A DNA stretch of 60,020 bases, counting the filler, from Sluysia triapertura (Eukaryota): NCBI GenBank assembly GCA_046118255.1. It is 4 parts of 4 records of this genome, joined end to end, with 100 filler letters (N's around TTAATTAATTAA, not from the genome) between each part and the next. Parts side by side here need not be neighbours in the genome. Positions count along the whole stretch, not along the records: positions 1 to 21,741 come from JBJNIA010249534.1; 3 more parts are not named here. One strand, written 5' to 3'. Below, piece by piece: positions 1 through 11,799 of this stretch. The notes under the pieces were generated by a model. It was not told where the DNA came from. It made no database searches and worked only from the letters and a program-made list of their open reading frames with translations. The translations under genes were made by a program, and so were the position numbers. Every line of letters starts with the position of its first letter. Positions within the stretch are counted from its first letter, which is position 1.

Positions 1-1019
1 ATTGTTATTTCATAATGTTCAATGTAAATGTAAATTATTGTGTCAATGTTTTCAGTAGTTGTTGAATTTCACATTAAAAAACAATTAAACAGTTCATCGA
101 AAACTTTATAACGCTACTTATTACGAGAAATTTTATACATGCATTATTTGAAATTGGAAATAATTAAAATATGTTATTTTGTATCATAAAATTAGCACTA
201 TATGAAGTGGTCCACAATTATTAGATTTTTTATTATTATTATTTTATTATTATTATTATTACTATTATTATTATTATCATTATTATCTATTAGAATATTG
301 ATTCATTGTATGTCTTTGTATGTTATGAAAATGAATATTTAAATTCAGATTACAAATAAATAGTTTATTTAATGATTGTTTATGTTTATTCATACTTTAA
401 CTTTTATTTATACTTAAACCAAGCGTTTATTTTCTTTATCATTGTTTTACTAATATTGTTAAGACGTTATTAATTATGAAATAAAGTAAATTTAACAAAC
501 GGAAACTCTCAAAACTCATCAGTGGCTTTTAAATCACAGAAAGAGCTTTATTATCGCGAAAATTCAAGTATTAAAATCATTTCTATGATTTTAACTATAG
601 AATTTAACTAATATATGTAGAAACAATTTTATGGAATGGACTGAAATTTCGATGAATTTAATAATCACAAAATCAAGTATAAATTGTGGCACTCAGTTTT
701 CACTTTAACAATGATACTTATTAAAATCAAAAGATACTTTCTCCAAGTATATTCAATGTAATTAAAAATACGATAATATTTAGTAAATAACCAAAAAAAT
801 CTATTGGGTATCAGTAAAACAATAATAATAATAAACCAAAATTAGTTATAACAACCAATGGTAATGCAATATAAAAATTCAATTTTTATTTTCAAGGATG
901 ACTCTTAAGATTTATAAATAAAAGTGAATTTTTAATATAATAAATAAAAACAAAACCATATTATTACGTATTATTTTCTTCTACTTATATACTTTTATAC
1001 TTTCTCATAATCAATCATT

Positions 1020-1655
1020 GCTGAGTTTTAAAATCAAGTATTCTCTCACAACTTATCAGAACATTCTTTAATAACTTTGACAGTTACATCATATGTATGT
1101 CAAACTTTATGAAATGTGAAACACAAAAATTGATTTTCTTATACTTTACTCGATTTGCTTTTACTTAAATTACTTCTCACATTAAAATAATAATAATCAT
1201 TAATATTGATAGATGCATTTAACTGCATTTAATGAATTTAACTGTAGTTTCTGGAATTCAATTGATTTTCACTTTTCACACCCAATTTTCTTATGAAAAA
1301 TGCTTAAGGTTTTTATTCACAAACAAACCACTCTACAGACACTTCAAGCTTTCTTCTTTTATAGCAATCATCTCATATTCAATTAAAATATTCAACATTC
1401 CATAATTAGGAATTAATTAAAATTTGATTTCTTTAATTTTGAACTCGGTCAAACTATACCTTCAATGAAAGGTCTTTGAAAAGAAACATTTACATAGTTT
1501 CAATGTTAACACAGCATTCCACAGTCAATTTTATTTACAAAAACGTACTTTTTAATTAAGTTAATTAAGATTTTAAGTAATTAATCTATTTTTAGCCTTA
1601 ATTTAATGGTTTTATTAAGATTCAGAGAGCTATGTGATTCCTTTTTCTACTTGTT
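1020..1655 (-). repeat. Decayed interspersed repeat (probable non-LTR retrotransposon RT remnant), copy A
   Basis: Reverse complement aligns with 2080-2830 (e.g. ctttactcga/tcgagtaaag; ttaattaagttaattaagatttt/aaaatcttaattaacttaattaa) and with 30400-30850. Confidence 0.75.
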
Positions 1656-1829
1656 TATATTGATTATTAATGTATAAAATTTATTTTTAACGATGATCTT
1701 ATTTCTCAAATATTGCAACTATTTTACTGTTGGGATTTTCCAGTTAGTGTTTAGAAAATAGGTTATAAAATAGCTGAAGTTTAATATTTAATATAAACAA
1801 TTAAATATTCTTAGAAACCGAATATTCAT

Positions 1830-2830
1830 TTTGAAACCGAAGAACACCTTGGAGTTTCAAATACCTTTGAAAACTTTGAAAATTCTTATGAAAACTTTAG
1901 TAAGGTTTGGAAAGATGTCTTGGAGTATGAAGATACCTTTGAATTTCCGAACCTTGGGATCAGTTGCTCTTTTGGAACCTTTAAACACTTTTGAGACCTT
2001 CGAGTAACTTTGTAAAATGTTTAGAACCTTTAAAATGTCCAAGAATTAAAGTCATGGTTAATAATTAATAATTTAAATTAAAATGTAGAAAAAGGAATTC
2101 GAGTGGTGAAGGTGAAAACATCTAGAGCCTCCTGAGTACCTTATAAAGTATTTAACAACTTTATAATCATAATAAAACCTTTAAACTTGGAATAATATAA
2201 GTTAAAATAAATAAATAATTAATTAAAATCTTAATTAACTTAATTAAGAAAAATTACATTTGTGTGAATAAGTTTTGAATGAGGAATTCTATGTTAAAAT
2301 TTTAACTGTACATATATATGTTTTAAAGAGATATGTTTTAAAGAAGATAAGGTTTGACCAAGTTCATGCAAGGAAAGCCTCCATATTGAGAAAAGTCGAA
2401 TTTTAATTAATTTTTAATTAAAAAATGCTGAATTTTTCGGATTTAGAATGATGAAAATATAATGAATTGAATATGAAATGATTTTTATAAAAGAGGAGAA
2501 TCCGAAAGTGAGGTTAAAATGTTTGTGAAATGGTTTGTTTGGGAATGAGAACCTTAAATATTTTCCATTAGAAAATTCTGTGTGATGAATTGAAAATTAA
2601 TTGAATTCATCATTTTTAAGTACATCAATAATAATAACAACTGTTAATTTAATGTAAGAAGTGATTCATGAAAAAGTAGCTCGAGTAAAGTAGAAGAAAA
2701 AATAAGAGGTGATTGTTAATCGAATTTTTATGTTCTGCTTGACAGGTTATACCATGTTAGTGTCAAAGACATTATGATTGCTTTAATCTTTAAAGGAGGT
2801 TTTGTGCAAGAGTAATTCCTGAACTCTAAA
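1830..2830 (+). repeat. Same repeat family, copy B, preceded by a degenerate ~9-10 bp (gaaaccttt-like) tandem tract
   Basis: Colinear with 30130-30850 including the tandem tract; weak LINE RT-like remnant (FDRLYH at ~2740). Confidence 0.75.
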
Positions 2831-3954
2831 TACCTTTCTTTATTTAAAAACGCTGAATTTAAACAAAATATATTACACAAAATTGTTAACGTCGTAAATA
2901 AAATAGTTTATGCACCGAAATATGAAATACTCATAATTACCTTATCAAATATTGTTCTAAGACCAAATCAATCAAACATTATCAAATATCGTTAAAAGTT
3001 AAGTTAATTAATTTTACAAGTGAATACCTTTTTTCTTCTTCGGAAATAATACCTTTTCGGGATTGATAATTGATTTGTCGGCTAAAATGTCTCTCTATTT
3101 ATATCCATTTGGTAATGTTGTATAATTTCCTTTAACTGTTGTAATTACTTTTTGAATAGATTATTATTCCGTGAATTGCGTTTGTAATTACTTTTTTCCA
3201 TTAAATTATTTTATCTAATTACTTATTTATTTGAAAATCCATTAGATCCATTAAGTAAATATTTCTTCTTTCTTCAATTCATTAGGTATTAATTATTTTT
3301 CTTTAAAATCCTTTAGATAATTAACTACTTTTATTTTCTATTAAAATTTTTGTATTATCATTAAGTAATTACTTTTTTATTTAATAATTAAATTTTATAT
3401 GTAAAATAATTAATTTAAATTTTACATAAGAATTAATTTAAATTGGAAATGGAGATTAAACCAAATTTGAAATGAATTTTCTATTTTATTTTATTTACAT
3501 TTATTTTTTATATTTTATTTTATTTATAGTATCATGACAGCTTGAGTAATTAAAAGTTAAACTATAATAACTTTATGAGAATTAAAATTTAAAGTTTTAT
3601 AAAGCTTAGAATTTCTTCAGATATACGAATAATTCTAAATTGAGTAATTATTAGCAAAAATAGACTAAATTTAAAGTTATAATTAACAAGATTTTATTAC
3701 AATTTGATTATAATATTTTTGGTTATATTTAAATCCAAAATATCAAATTTCCATCCTTCAGAAGTCTCAACAATAAATGAGAAACATGATATTTAAGTGA
3801 TTATGGAAATAATTTCACTGAATTTCACTTATTTCTATATCTCATAATGTATTTGAATTTTATTTTAATTCTATTTAATGTAATCCACTTAAATGTGACA
3901 ATCTCATTAAATTGAGTTTGGGCCCTTCTATGTCTTCCCGTGTAATATTGTATC

Positions 3955-3963
3955 ATAATAATG

Positions 3964-4012
<49 letters not shown>
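3955..4012. repeat. (AAT)n microsatellite
   Basis: Directly visible. Confidence 0.95.
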
Positions 4013-4023
4013 TATTACTTTAG

Positions 4024-4332
4024 AATTGTAAAATCGATTCCGGAGATCAGCCCTTTACCGAAATAACGCTTGATACCAAAGTTGCTATAGCAAATAATGA
4101 TGCTTCTTTTGTAATTAATAATGATAATGATAATAATAATGATAATAATAATAATGAAAATAAAAATGAAAATGACAACGGCTCTATTACTAAAGATAAA
4201 GTCAACGAAAGCGATAATTCAAAAACAAAACATGTACGTTTTCAGGATGAATTCTTTAGACCTAGTAACTTGAAAAATGAATCCAAAAATGTTATTGATT
4301 TTAGCTGTGATTTGTTGTTTGATTTGGAATAA
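4024..4332 (+). CDS. Probable 3'-terminal coding exon (102 aa, no ATG) of a gene whose upstream exons were not found; possibly kintoun/DNAAF2-like C-terminus
   Basis: ttttag acceptor ending at 4023; open frame NCKIDSGDQPFTEITLDTK...KTKHVRFQDEFFRPSNLKNESKNVIDFSCDLLFDLE*; AATAAA overlaps the stop. Identity is inferred only from the RVxF motif and C-terminal LLFDLE. Confidence 0.6.
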   Translation, partial: NCKIDSGDQPFTEITLDTKVAIANNDASFVINNDNDNNNDNNNNENKNENDNGSITKDKVNESDNSKTKHVRFQDEFFRPSNLKNESKNVIDFSCDLLFDLE

Positions 4333-5949
4333 ATTGTGATAGATTTTCATTTTATTATAATTTTATATTACTAATTTACTTTTAACAGTTCACTGTACAT
4401 TGGATTAATTAAATAATTAACAAATCAATTAAAAAATCAATTATCTACTGTGGTAGAATAATATTTAATTTATTATTATTTAATCAATATTTAATTGTGA
4501 TTCGTATTTCAATTTTTAATTATGGACATAATAATTCAACATTATTTTAACAAATGAAATGTATTTTAACCATATAATGACAATAAACATTACTATAATT
4601 ATGTTTTGGTAAGACGTTTTAGGTTAAACGTAACAATTGATCTGAATCAACTGCGTAAATTTTCGAAACTCAGCTCAGTAAGCTGTCTGTCATAGGATTA
4701 ATATATTAATATATTTTTTATATTAAGAAATTTTAAGTTTTAGTTTTTGGTTAAGTTAAAAAGCATAAATTCAAACAAGCTCCAAATGTATGAACGCGTA
4801 AATGTAGAAGGCACAGTGAATAAATGAACTATTCAACAGTTTAATGATTAAAGAAGTTAAATTATTCACCAAGACTAAAAGATATAGATGTTAATACTTT
4901 TGTGGTTATCTTATGAACCGACTTTTCGAAATAAATTAACTATGGATTCGACTCCAATCCGTAGTTTAAAATTTTAAGTAGTCGCGTCTGCAGGAATGTC
5001 AAAATTAAACTAATTAAATGGAGGATCTGTATTTTAGACTTATTACATTTTCACATTTTTAATCGCCTAAGCAATTACCCAATTACTATGTAAACGATAG
5101 CATTTTTGTAATAAAATTCGAACAAAATATCTGGACAAGTCAGGAAATATAAAGAAAACCAAGCTTCATTTCCATTAAGATAACTTAACAAATTTCTAGT
5201 AAACTTTAGCAATTGACGCAGCTTATTGTAGTTACTGATTTGTGTTTTTATTGTTTAATTATTGTTTAATATTGGCGTCAACATGTATCACACCTGGAAT
5301 ATTTTTATTGATAAATTTTATACAAATAGTGATTTATAATTTTGAATTTATATATTATTATTATTAAAGAATAATTCATAACTTGTTCATTCTGTGATAT
5401 TTAAAATATCGAGATTACGTATTGATTTAATTATTGAATTATCGTTTGTTAGATTTCTTAAAATCAACAATTAGGAAAAACTATTTATGTGTGAACGAGG
5501 ACGCAATTACAGATATTAATAAAAAAATACTTTTGGATGTAAAAATTAAAGCTTTCTTAAAAATTCTTTATTGGAGGGTCACTATGCTTCAATAAGATTA
5601 AATATTTAGTATTTTAATTCAATTTCTATATTCTCTTTTACGTATATCTTTAATTCTTTAGTGTTACATATCTCTGTTAGCTTAAATTTCCTTTCTAAAT
5701 TACTTTCTTTCTTAAATTTCAAAAGTTTAAATTTAGTCCTTAAAGTTCTCAAGAAACTACAACACAAAAAACAAAAAAAATTATTAAACAAATATAATGT
5801 ATAATATACACAAATTAAGGAACAACAAAGATTACAAACTTATAAATATACAGTTTAAAAATAAAGAGGATTATCTTTATTTGGATTTTTTAATTTTAGA
5901 TTAATTGAACCAGGTTTGATACTTGATTTTAGAACACTTAAAGATTTTA

Positions 5950-7200
5950 AGTTGTGTTTCTTACTTAATTGTATTAAGGAACATAGTGAAAGCATATTTC
6001 TTATATTTTATGATATTTTCATCACAATGTTTCGTCTTCATTACTGTTAATTTCATCACCGATGGTCTCTAAAATTGCACTGTCCACAATATCGTAATCA
6101 CCACTATCATCAATTGCAAATGTCAGGGCTTTTGCGAAGCAGTTTAATATTGCAGATGGAGTTATTTCATTCCAGGCCATTTTTGAACATGATATTGCAT
6201 CTAATATGATTCTATAATCACTTCATTAGTTTGACTTACAAGATTTTTATCACAAATAATTCTTCTGATCATCCAATTATTAAAATGATTTTTGAATACT
6301 TTGATTATTCCCTGATCACATGGTTGTATCAAGGAAGTCGTGTTGCGTTGTGCCTTCATTTCTTCACTTATACGAAATAAGCAATTTTCAAAAGTACCTT
6401 TTGTCATCCGAGCTTTGTGTGAAGCATCTTATTCGATGCCGATAACTTTCAGATCCACTTTTCTTAATACTTTTAGTGACTTCGATTGTCCTATTATGAG
6501 TATTTTATATTTTTCAATTCGATAACTATAATATAAAAGTAGTATGAAGCGTTTTTTCTTATTTTATATCCGCTAGGTAATTCGTTGTTTTCAACAAAAC
6601 TTTTACTTGAGAGTGCCTTATAAAACACTGCTGTTTCATCTCAATTGAAAGCATCTTCTTTGCCACATTCTTCATTTAAATTATTAACTGTTGATCGAGT
6701 GTTTTCTCAACTTTCTTTGTTCGGAATTCCCTTCGAATAGTTTTGAAGTCAAATTGTTTTTTGAATCTGTGAAGCCAGCAATTTGAAGTGGCAAATTCTT
6801 TATTGAAAAGTTTATCCGCGATTTTACATACAATAAGCTCCAAAATTGGTTCATTGCTTGGGAAACCTTTGGATCTAAGATAACGAAAAGTTTGGTGAAC
6901 ATCCGTATTCAAGTGGTATGGTATGGTTTGAGCTAATATTTCGTTTTTTCAATTTCAGACTTCGATGTAGACTTCCTTTAGAAATTAGATATTTCTCAAA
7001 AATAAATGTATCCTTATAGAGACCAGCTTTAATGTTCTTACAAATTTTCTTACATTATTTGTTAATTCTTCTAAAAATTTGTAGAGTAAATTGAAAAATT
7101 TTATCAGATTGAAATTTATTTGAATAACTTATCTCAAACAAAATGGTTTTTCTTGAATATTTTAAATTTTTAAAATTAGTTTATTGGAGCCTTTAAATTA
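5950..7200 (-). mobile_element. Decayed pogo/Tigger (CENP-B-like, DDE_1) transposase
   Basis: HTH segment FATSNCWLHRFKKQF, DETAVFYKAL and NTTSLIQPCDQGIIKVFK; multiple frameshifts and stops. Confidence 0.9.
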
Positions 7201-7761
7201 AAACTAAGACAAAAATCTTGAAACTATATTAAAATGTAAATACTTTTTCCCAAATGGGGCTTATTCATTCAAAGTCTCCCATTTCGTAGGTACTGCTAAA
7301 AAATAAACAAGGAATATCATCTAGACTTTACTAAAATTGTGCGACTTTAAACTCAAAATAGGCAATTCAGATATAATTTTTATTATTGGTTTTATGCCTT
7401 ATTTCCGTTTCATGCAAAATAAATGGTAAATATTAATTTTTCGTTTCAAATTTAATAATGCACTTAGGCTATCTTATGTTTAATATATTTCCTTAAAACT
7501 GCATTATCAAAAACTCTCCCCTAATATTAAACTTCATTAAAATTGGAATTTTTTAATTTACATTAAGAATATAAATTCCTCTAAATATATTGTATAATCT
7601 AATAAAATCTAAAAATATAATATATAATGTAAAAATATAATTGAATTTACGTTAATAAGAGTAAACATATATACTAAAAACCATGACTATATATTCGTAA
7701 GCAGGTAATAAATTCTGTCAAATATTTTTCATGTTATATAGATAATTATGTAAGTATGAAA

Positions 7762-8372
7762 CTAATGTTTAACAGATTTTAAATCATTTTTTAAAAAATT
7801 CTCAAGTTCTGCATAGGCTGCATCAAGATCGTCATTGACAATTATTTTATCGTAAATTCCTTTCACCTTAGAATATTCTATATCTGCATTAGCACGACTT
7901 AATCTAGCTAGAATTTTATCTTCAGTTTCAGTACCACGTTTCCGTAGTCTCAATTCTAATTCTTCAATACTTGGAGGACTAATGAAAACAAATCGCCCAT
8001 CTAAATTTGACTTTTTAATTGATTTCACTCCTTCCATATCAATATCTAAAACACATATTTTTCCCGTTTGTTTTACCTTAAAAAAATATAAATATAACAT
8101 ATCTATACTTTTTCAACTGCTTCTAAACTTGTTCCATAAAGATTACCCGCAAATTCAGTGTGTTCTAGAAATTTATTTTCCTGAATCATAGCTTTCATGA
8201 TATCACGATTGATGAAATTATAATCTTTTCCATTAATTTCACCTGGTCTTGCAGATCTTGTCGTATGTGAAACCGAAAAAGCAAAAGCATCTTTATAATT
8301 TTCCATTAACCGTTTCAATAACGTGCTTTTACCACATCCTGAAGGTCCGCTAAGAACAAGTGGCAAAACCAT
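7762..8372 (-). CDS. GUK1: Guanylate kinase, 2 exons (8372-8109, 8076-7762), 192 aa
   Basis: P-loop [52 protein letters not shown]; in-frame splice over a 32-nt GT-AG intron (8077-8108). Confidence 0.97.
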
Positions 8373-10529
8373 TAATTGTGAATACTTCTACAATATTACA
8401 TATATAGTATTACAAAAATGATAAATTATGTAATGATAAAGTAATAAACAAAAATTCATTATAAATTTTAATTTTTATTATATATTTAATAATAACCTTT
8501 TAAGCAAAAATGAATTACAAAAAATGTTTCAGTTTAAATGTTATATTATTGTAATAAATAAAAGATTATTATTGGTTAATTATGAAAGATAAAATATTAT
8601 TGCACACATGACATTACATTAACAAAAGAGTATCATAAAAGCTTGTTAGGAATAAATATTTTTATTAAAAGGTAGTTTGTTCTTTAAGATACAATTACTA
8701 ACACATAACTGTTCAAATGGAATCAATATTTAATTCTACTTAGCAACAAATGAATATTGAATATGATAATAAGTAATAAACGGATCTTTTTTTAAAGAAT
8801 TTTATCTAATTATTATTTACTTGTTACAATTTTTAAATATTACTAGTGTTAAAATGTAGTTATTTTACGTAGTACGGTAACATCTTTTTATATTTCAATT
8901 AAAAGATATTACAAATAAAAGATATTATAATCCTAGTTTTTTAATTTTAGTTCAATTAAAGTTTGCGAAGTTATTACATGTACAATTTATCTTAGTTGAA
9001 ACGAGTTAATCCATTTTGTAGGTATTTGGTTATTTAATTTTAAGTAATATTGTTTTTAATTTAAAAAATAAATTGAATATTGACTTTTGCAAACAATTGT
9101 AAGTATGACAATTAGTTGGAAATTTTTTAGTTTTTAACTTTTTATAAAAATTTAACAAGATTTTACTAAAAGACCGAGGAGATTAAAAATTAGAATTTAG
9201 AAGTATGTACTTAGTATAATTGCTTATTCTCTTGAGTCAGTTACAGGCCGACCAACTTTAATAATTAAATTTTGATGATAATTTCAGTCGACTTCAAATT
9301 TATTATTACCGAAAGATAATGAGATTTGTGACAAACAATCCCCTTACTTTATTAACATAACAAAATCAAAATTTAAGATGATTAACATTTACTGTTTAAA
9401 TAATACATCAACTTATATTAAAGATAAAAAGCAATTAAATACAAAATTTCTTTTCCACAAGAATTTACAATACAATACGGTACGTGAAACGTCGACTTAG
9501 TGAGGATTAATCTGATATATACTTTGAACATATATAAATTTATATAATAATTTATAAATTTAGTTTTACATCACAGGAAATTAATTAAAATAAATAATTT
9601 TTATATTATCTGCGTCGACATGTTTCGTTCTATTTCAACATTAGTTTAAAATAGTAATTGTAAAAGTAATAGTATAAAAGTAATTGTAATATGTAAAAAG
9701 GAATATGTAATCAATATATTACTATATTAATATTACTGTAAAGTTGTAAATTATATTAGCGATATTATTATTACATAATTGTTATAATAAATAATAATTT
9801 ACGATATAATTATTATTACATAATTGTTATTATAATATTATAAATTGTATGTAAATATTATTATAAAAAATAAAAATTAATTAAAAATGTTTTTATTTTG
9901 CAAATAATAAGAGATGGATGGATATTAATGCAATTAATAAAAATATTTTAATGACAAAAATCAAAATATTAATAGAATTATTTTAATGAAAATATTAATA
10001 ATATTGATTATTGCATAAAACAAAAATAATGGCTAATGGAAACATTAATTGATTATTTAATGAAAATATTCTTTTAGAATTATTTTTAATACAAATAATA
10101 TTGATGGAATTATTTTTAATGAATTTACTAAAATTATTAATGAAAATATTGTTAATAGAATAATAATGAAATGTTTTAGTATAAATACAAAAGAATTTTC
10201 GTTTTATTACAAGAACCTTTACGTGATTTGATCAATTTATATGTATAGTCTATCAATATTATCAAGTAGTAAGTTTACGTTATATAAAATTGTAAACTCT
10301 TAATTTGAGTTAGAATATTCGACTCAAAATCATACTAATTTGCGTTGGTTCATAAAATCTCATTAAAATACTACTTAATTTTGATAGAGCCGTAAAACTC
10401 TATCAAGCTTAATTACTGTTATTATTATAATTTTGTAATAATTTTAGTTCATATTAATAAATTACTTTTTGATAATACTGTACTATAATTTTTATTAGTG
10501 TTCTTAATAATATACATTTAAATTAGTTA

Positions 10530-10870
10530 TTTATTTACATTGGTTGTCAATAAAAGCAAGAATAGAATTTAAAATTGTGACAATAATTTACAAATGCTTA
10601 CATTACGGAAGTCCTGAATATCTTTCGAAAATAATAAAAAATTTGGAAACCAAGATGAATATTTCATTGAGGCATAATAATAATCAATATAGCTTGTATA
10701 CTGTTTATGTTTCAAAAATATACAACCAGTTACCAGAGAATGTCAAATTATTGGAAGGCAAAGTTATTTCTGTTTCAGAAATATTATAGTGAATGATTTA
10801 TTTTAAGCGCTTTTGAGTACTTACTTTACTGTAGATATGAGCGCAATATAAATTAATATATTATTATGCT
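10530..10870 (+). mobile_element. 3' end fragment of an L2-clade LINE
   Basis: LHWLSIKARIEFKIVTIIYKCLH..SPEYLS is typical of the L2/Crack ORF2 C-terminus; followed by the AAGCGCTTTTGAG...GAGCGCAATATAAAT 3' stem-loop and a (TAT)n-like tail. Confidence 0.85.
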
Positions 10871-11146
10871 TTGTTAAATACTCAAATATAATTCTATTAT
10901 TGTTTTGTTTATATTGTATTAATAATTAATTTATTGTTTAATATTATAATGAAAATTATTATTATTACAATATACAAAATAAAAGCAATATTTAAATTTA
11001 TACATTACATAATGGAAACAGAAAATTTACTTAATTTTCATTGGTCAACAATAAACCAATTAATATCAAAAACATTTCAAAAAACAACAAAATATTTTCA
11101 TTTTAGTAAAAGTAAAAAAGTAAACCAAAAAACTCGAATTTTTTTC

Positions 11147-11377
11147 ATGGATATTTTAATTTTATCATTATTAATTATTAGCTTAGTTTTTATTGCAACG
11201 TTATTGGTCGGTTGTGGCATATTTTATTGGTGGTTTTTACGAAAAAAACGTGATCAACAAAATGAACGTTTATTGAAAGATAAGAAGTGCAATGATTTTT
11301 CCGAAGAAGGTCAAGGTCAAAGCAAAATCACTTATGAAGAATATCGTCAATCAATTGTAGAAGTAAGACTTGTATAG
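11147..11377 (+). CDS. Putative 76-aa single-pass membrane microprotein
   Basis: ATG at 11147; long hydrophobic N-terminal segment, then YWWF, RKKR, a charged tail with TYEEY and C-terminal VRLV; AATAAA ~35 nt after the stop; coding-like composition against the flanks. Confidence 0.6.
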   Translation: MDILILSLLIISLVFIATLLVGCGIFYWWFLRKKRDQQNERLLKDKKCNDFSEEGQGQSKITYEEYRQSIVEVRLV

Positions 11378-11538
11378 TTTCGTATAATTTGTTTGAAACA
11401 AAATATTTCAATAAATTATATATTTAAATATTTAAGTAGCTAAAAATTATAAAATTGAATTCTTTTTTAATACTAATAATAATAATAATAATCTATGTTA
11501 TTGTTTTTTAATAATCATAACGAATATTTAATTAATAT

Positions 11539-11619
11539 TGTTAGACTTCGCAAAATGGACTAGCCGGGGATCGAACCCGGGACCTCTAGCTGCGCAGTTA
11601 GTTGCTCTACCACTGAGCT
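11539..11619 (-). mobile_element. tRNA-derived short repeat (SINE-like), copy 1
   Basis: Minus strand: AGCTCAGTGGTAGAGC (A box), GGTTCGATCCC (B box) in the CCGGG/CCCGG T-arm, tail TCCATTTTGCGAAGTCTAACA shared with other copies; 5' acceptor strand missing. Confidence 0.8.
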
Positions 11620-11799
11620 TGTTGTGATTTATGATAAATTAAGAATTTTGAATTAAATTTTGACTCTTATTTTATTACAGAAACTTGTTAAGTTTATTGG
11701 AAATTTATTCTTCAAATTTATACAACAGTTTTTTAATTCATAAATAAATAATAACATACTAAAACTACATAAAATTTTATTAGAGGTAATTACATATAT

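Noticed and set aside
11539-11619. Functional tRNA gene
   Set aside because: 5' acceptor strand absent, anticodon stem poorly paired, and non-tRNA tail shared with other decayed copies.
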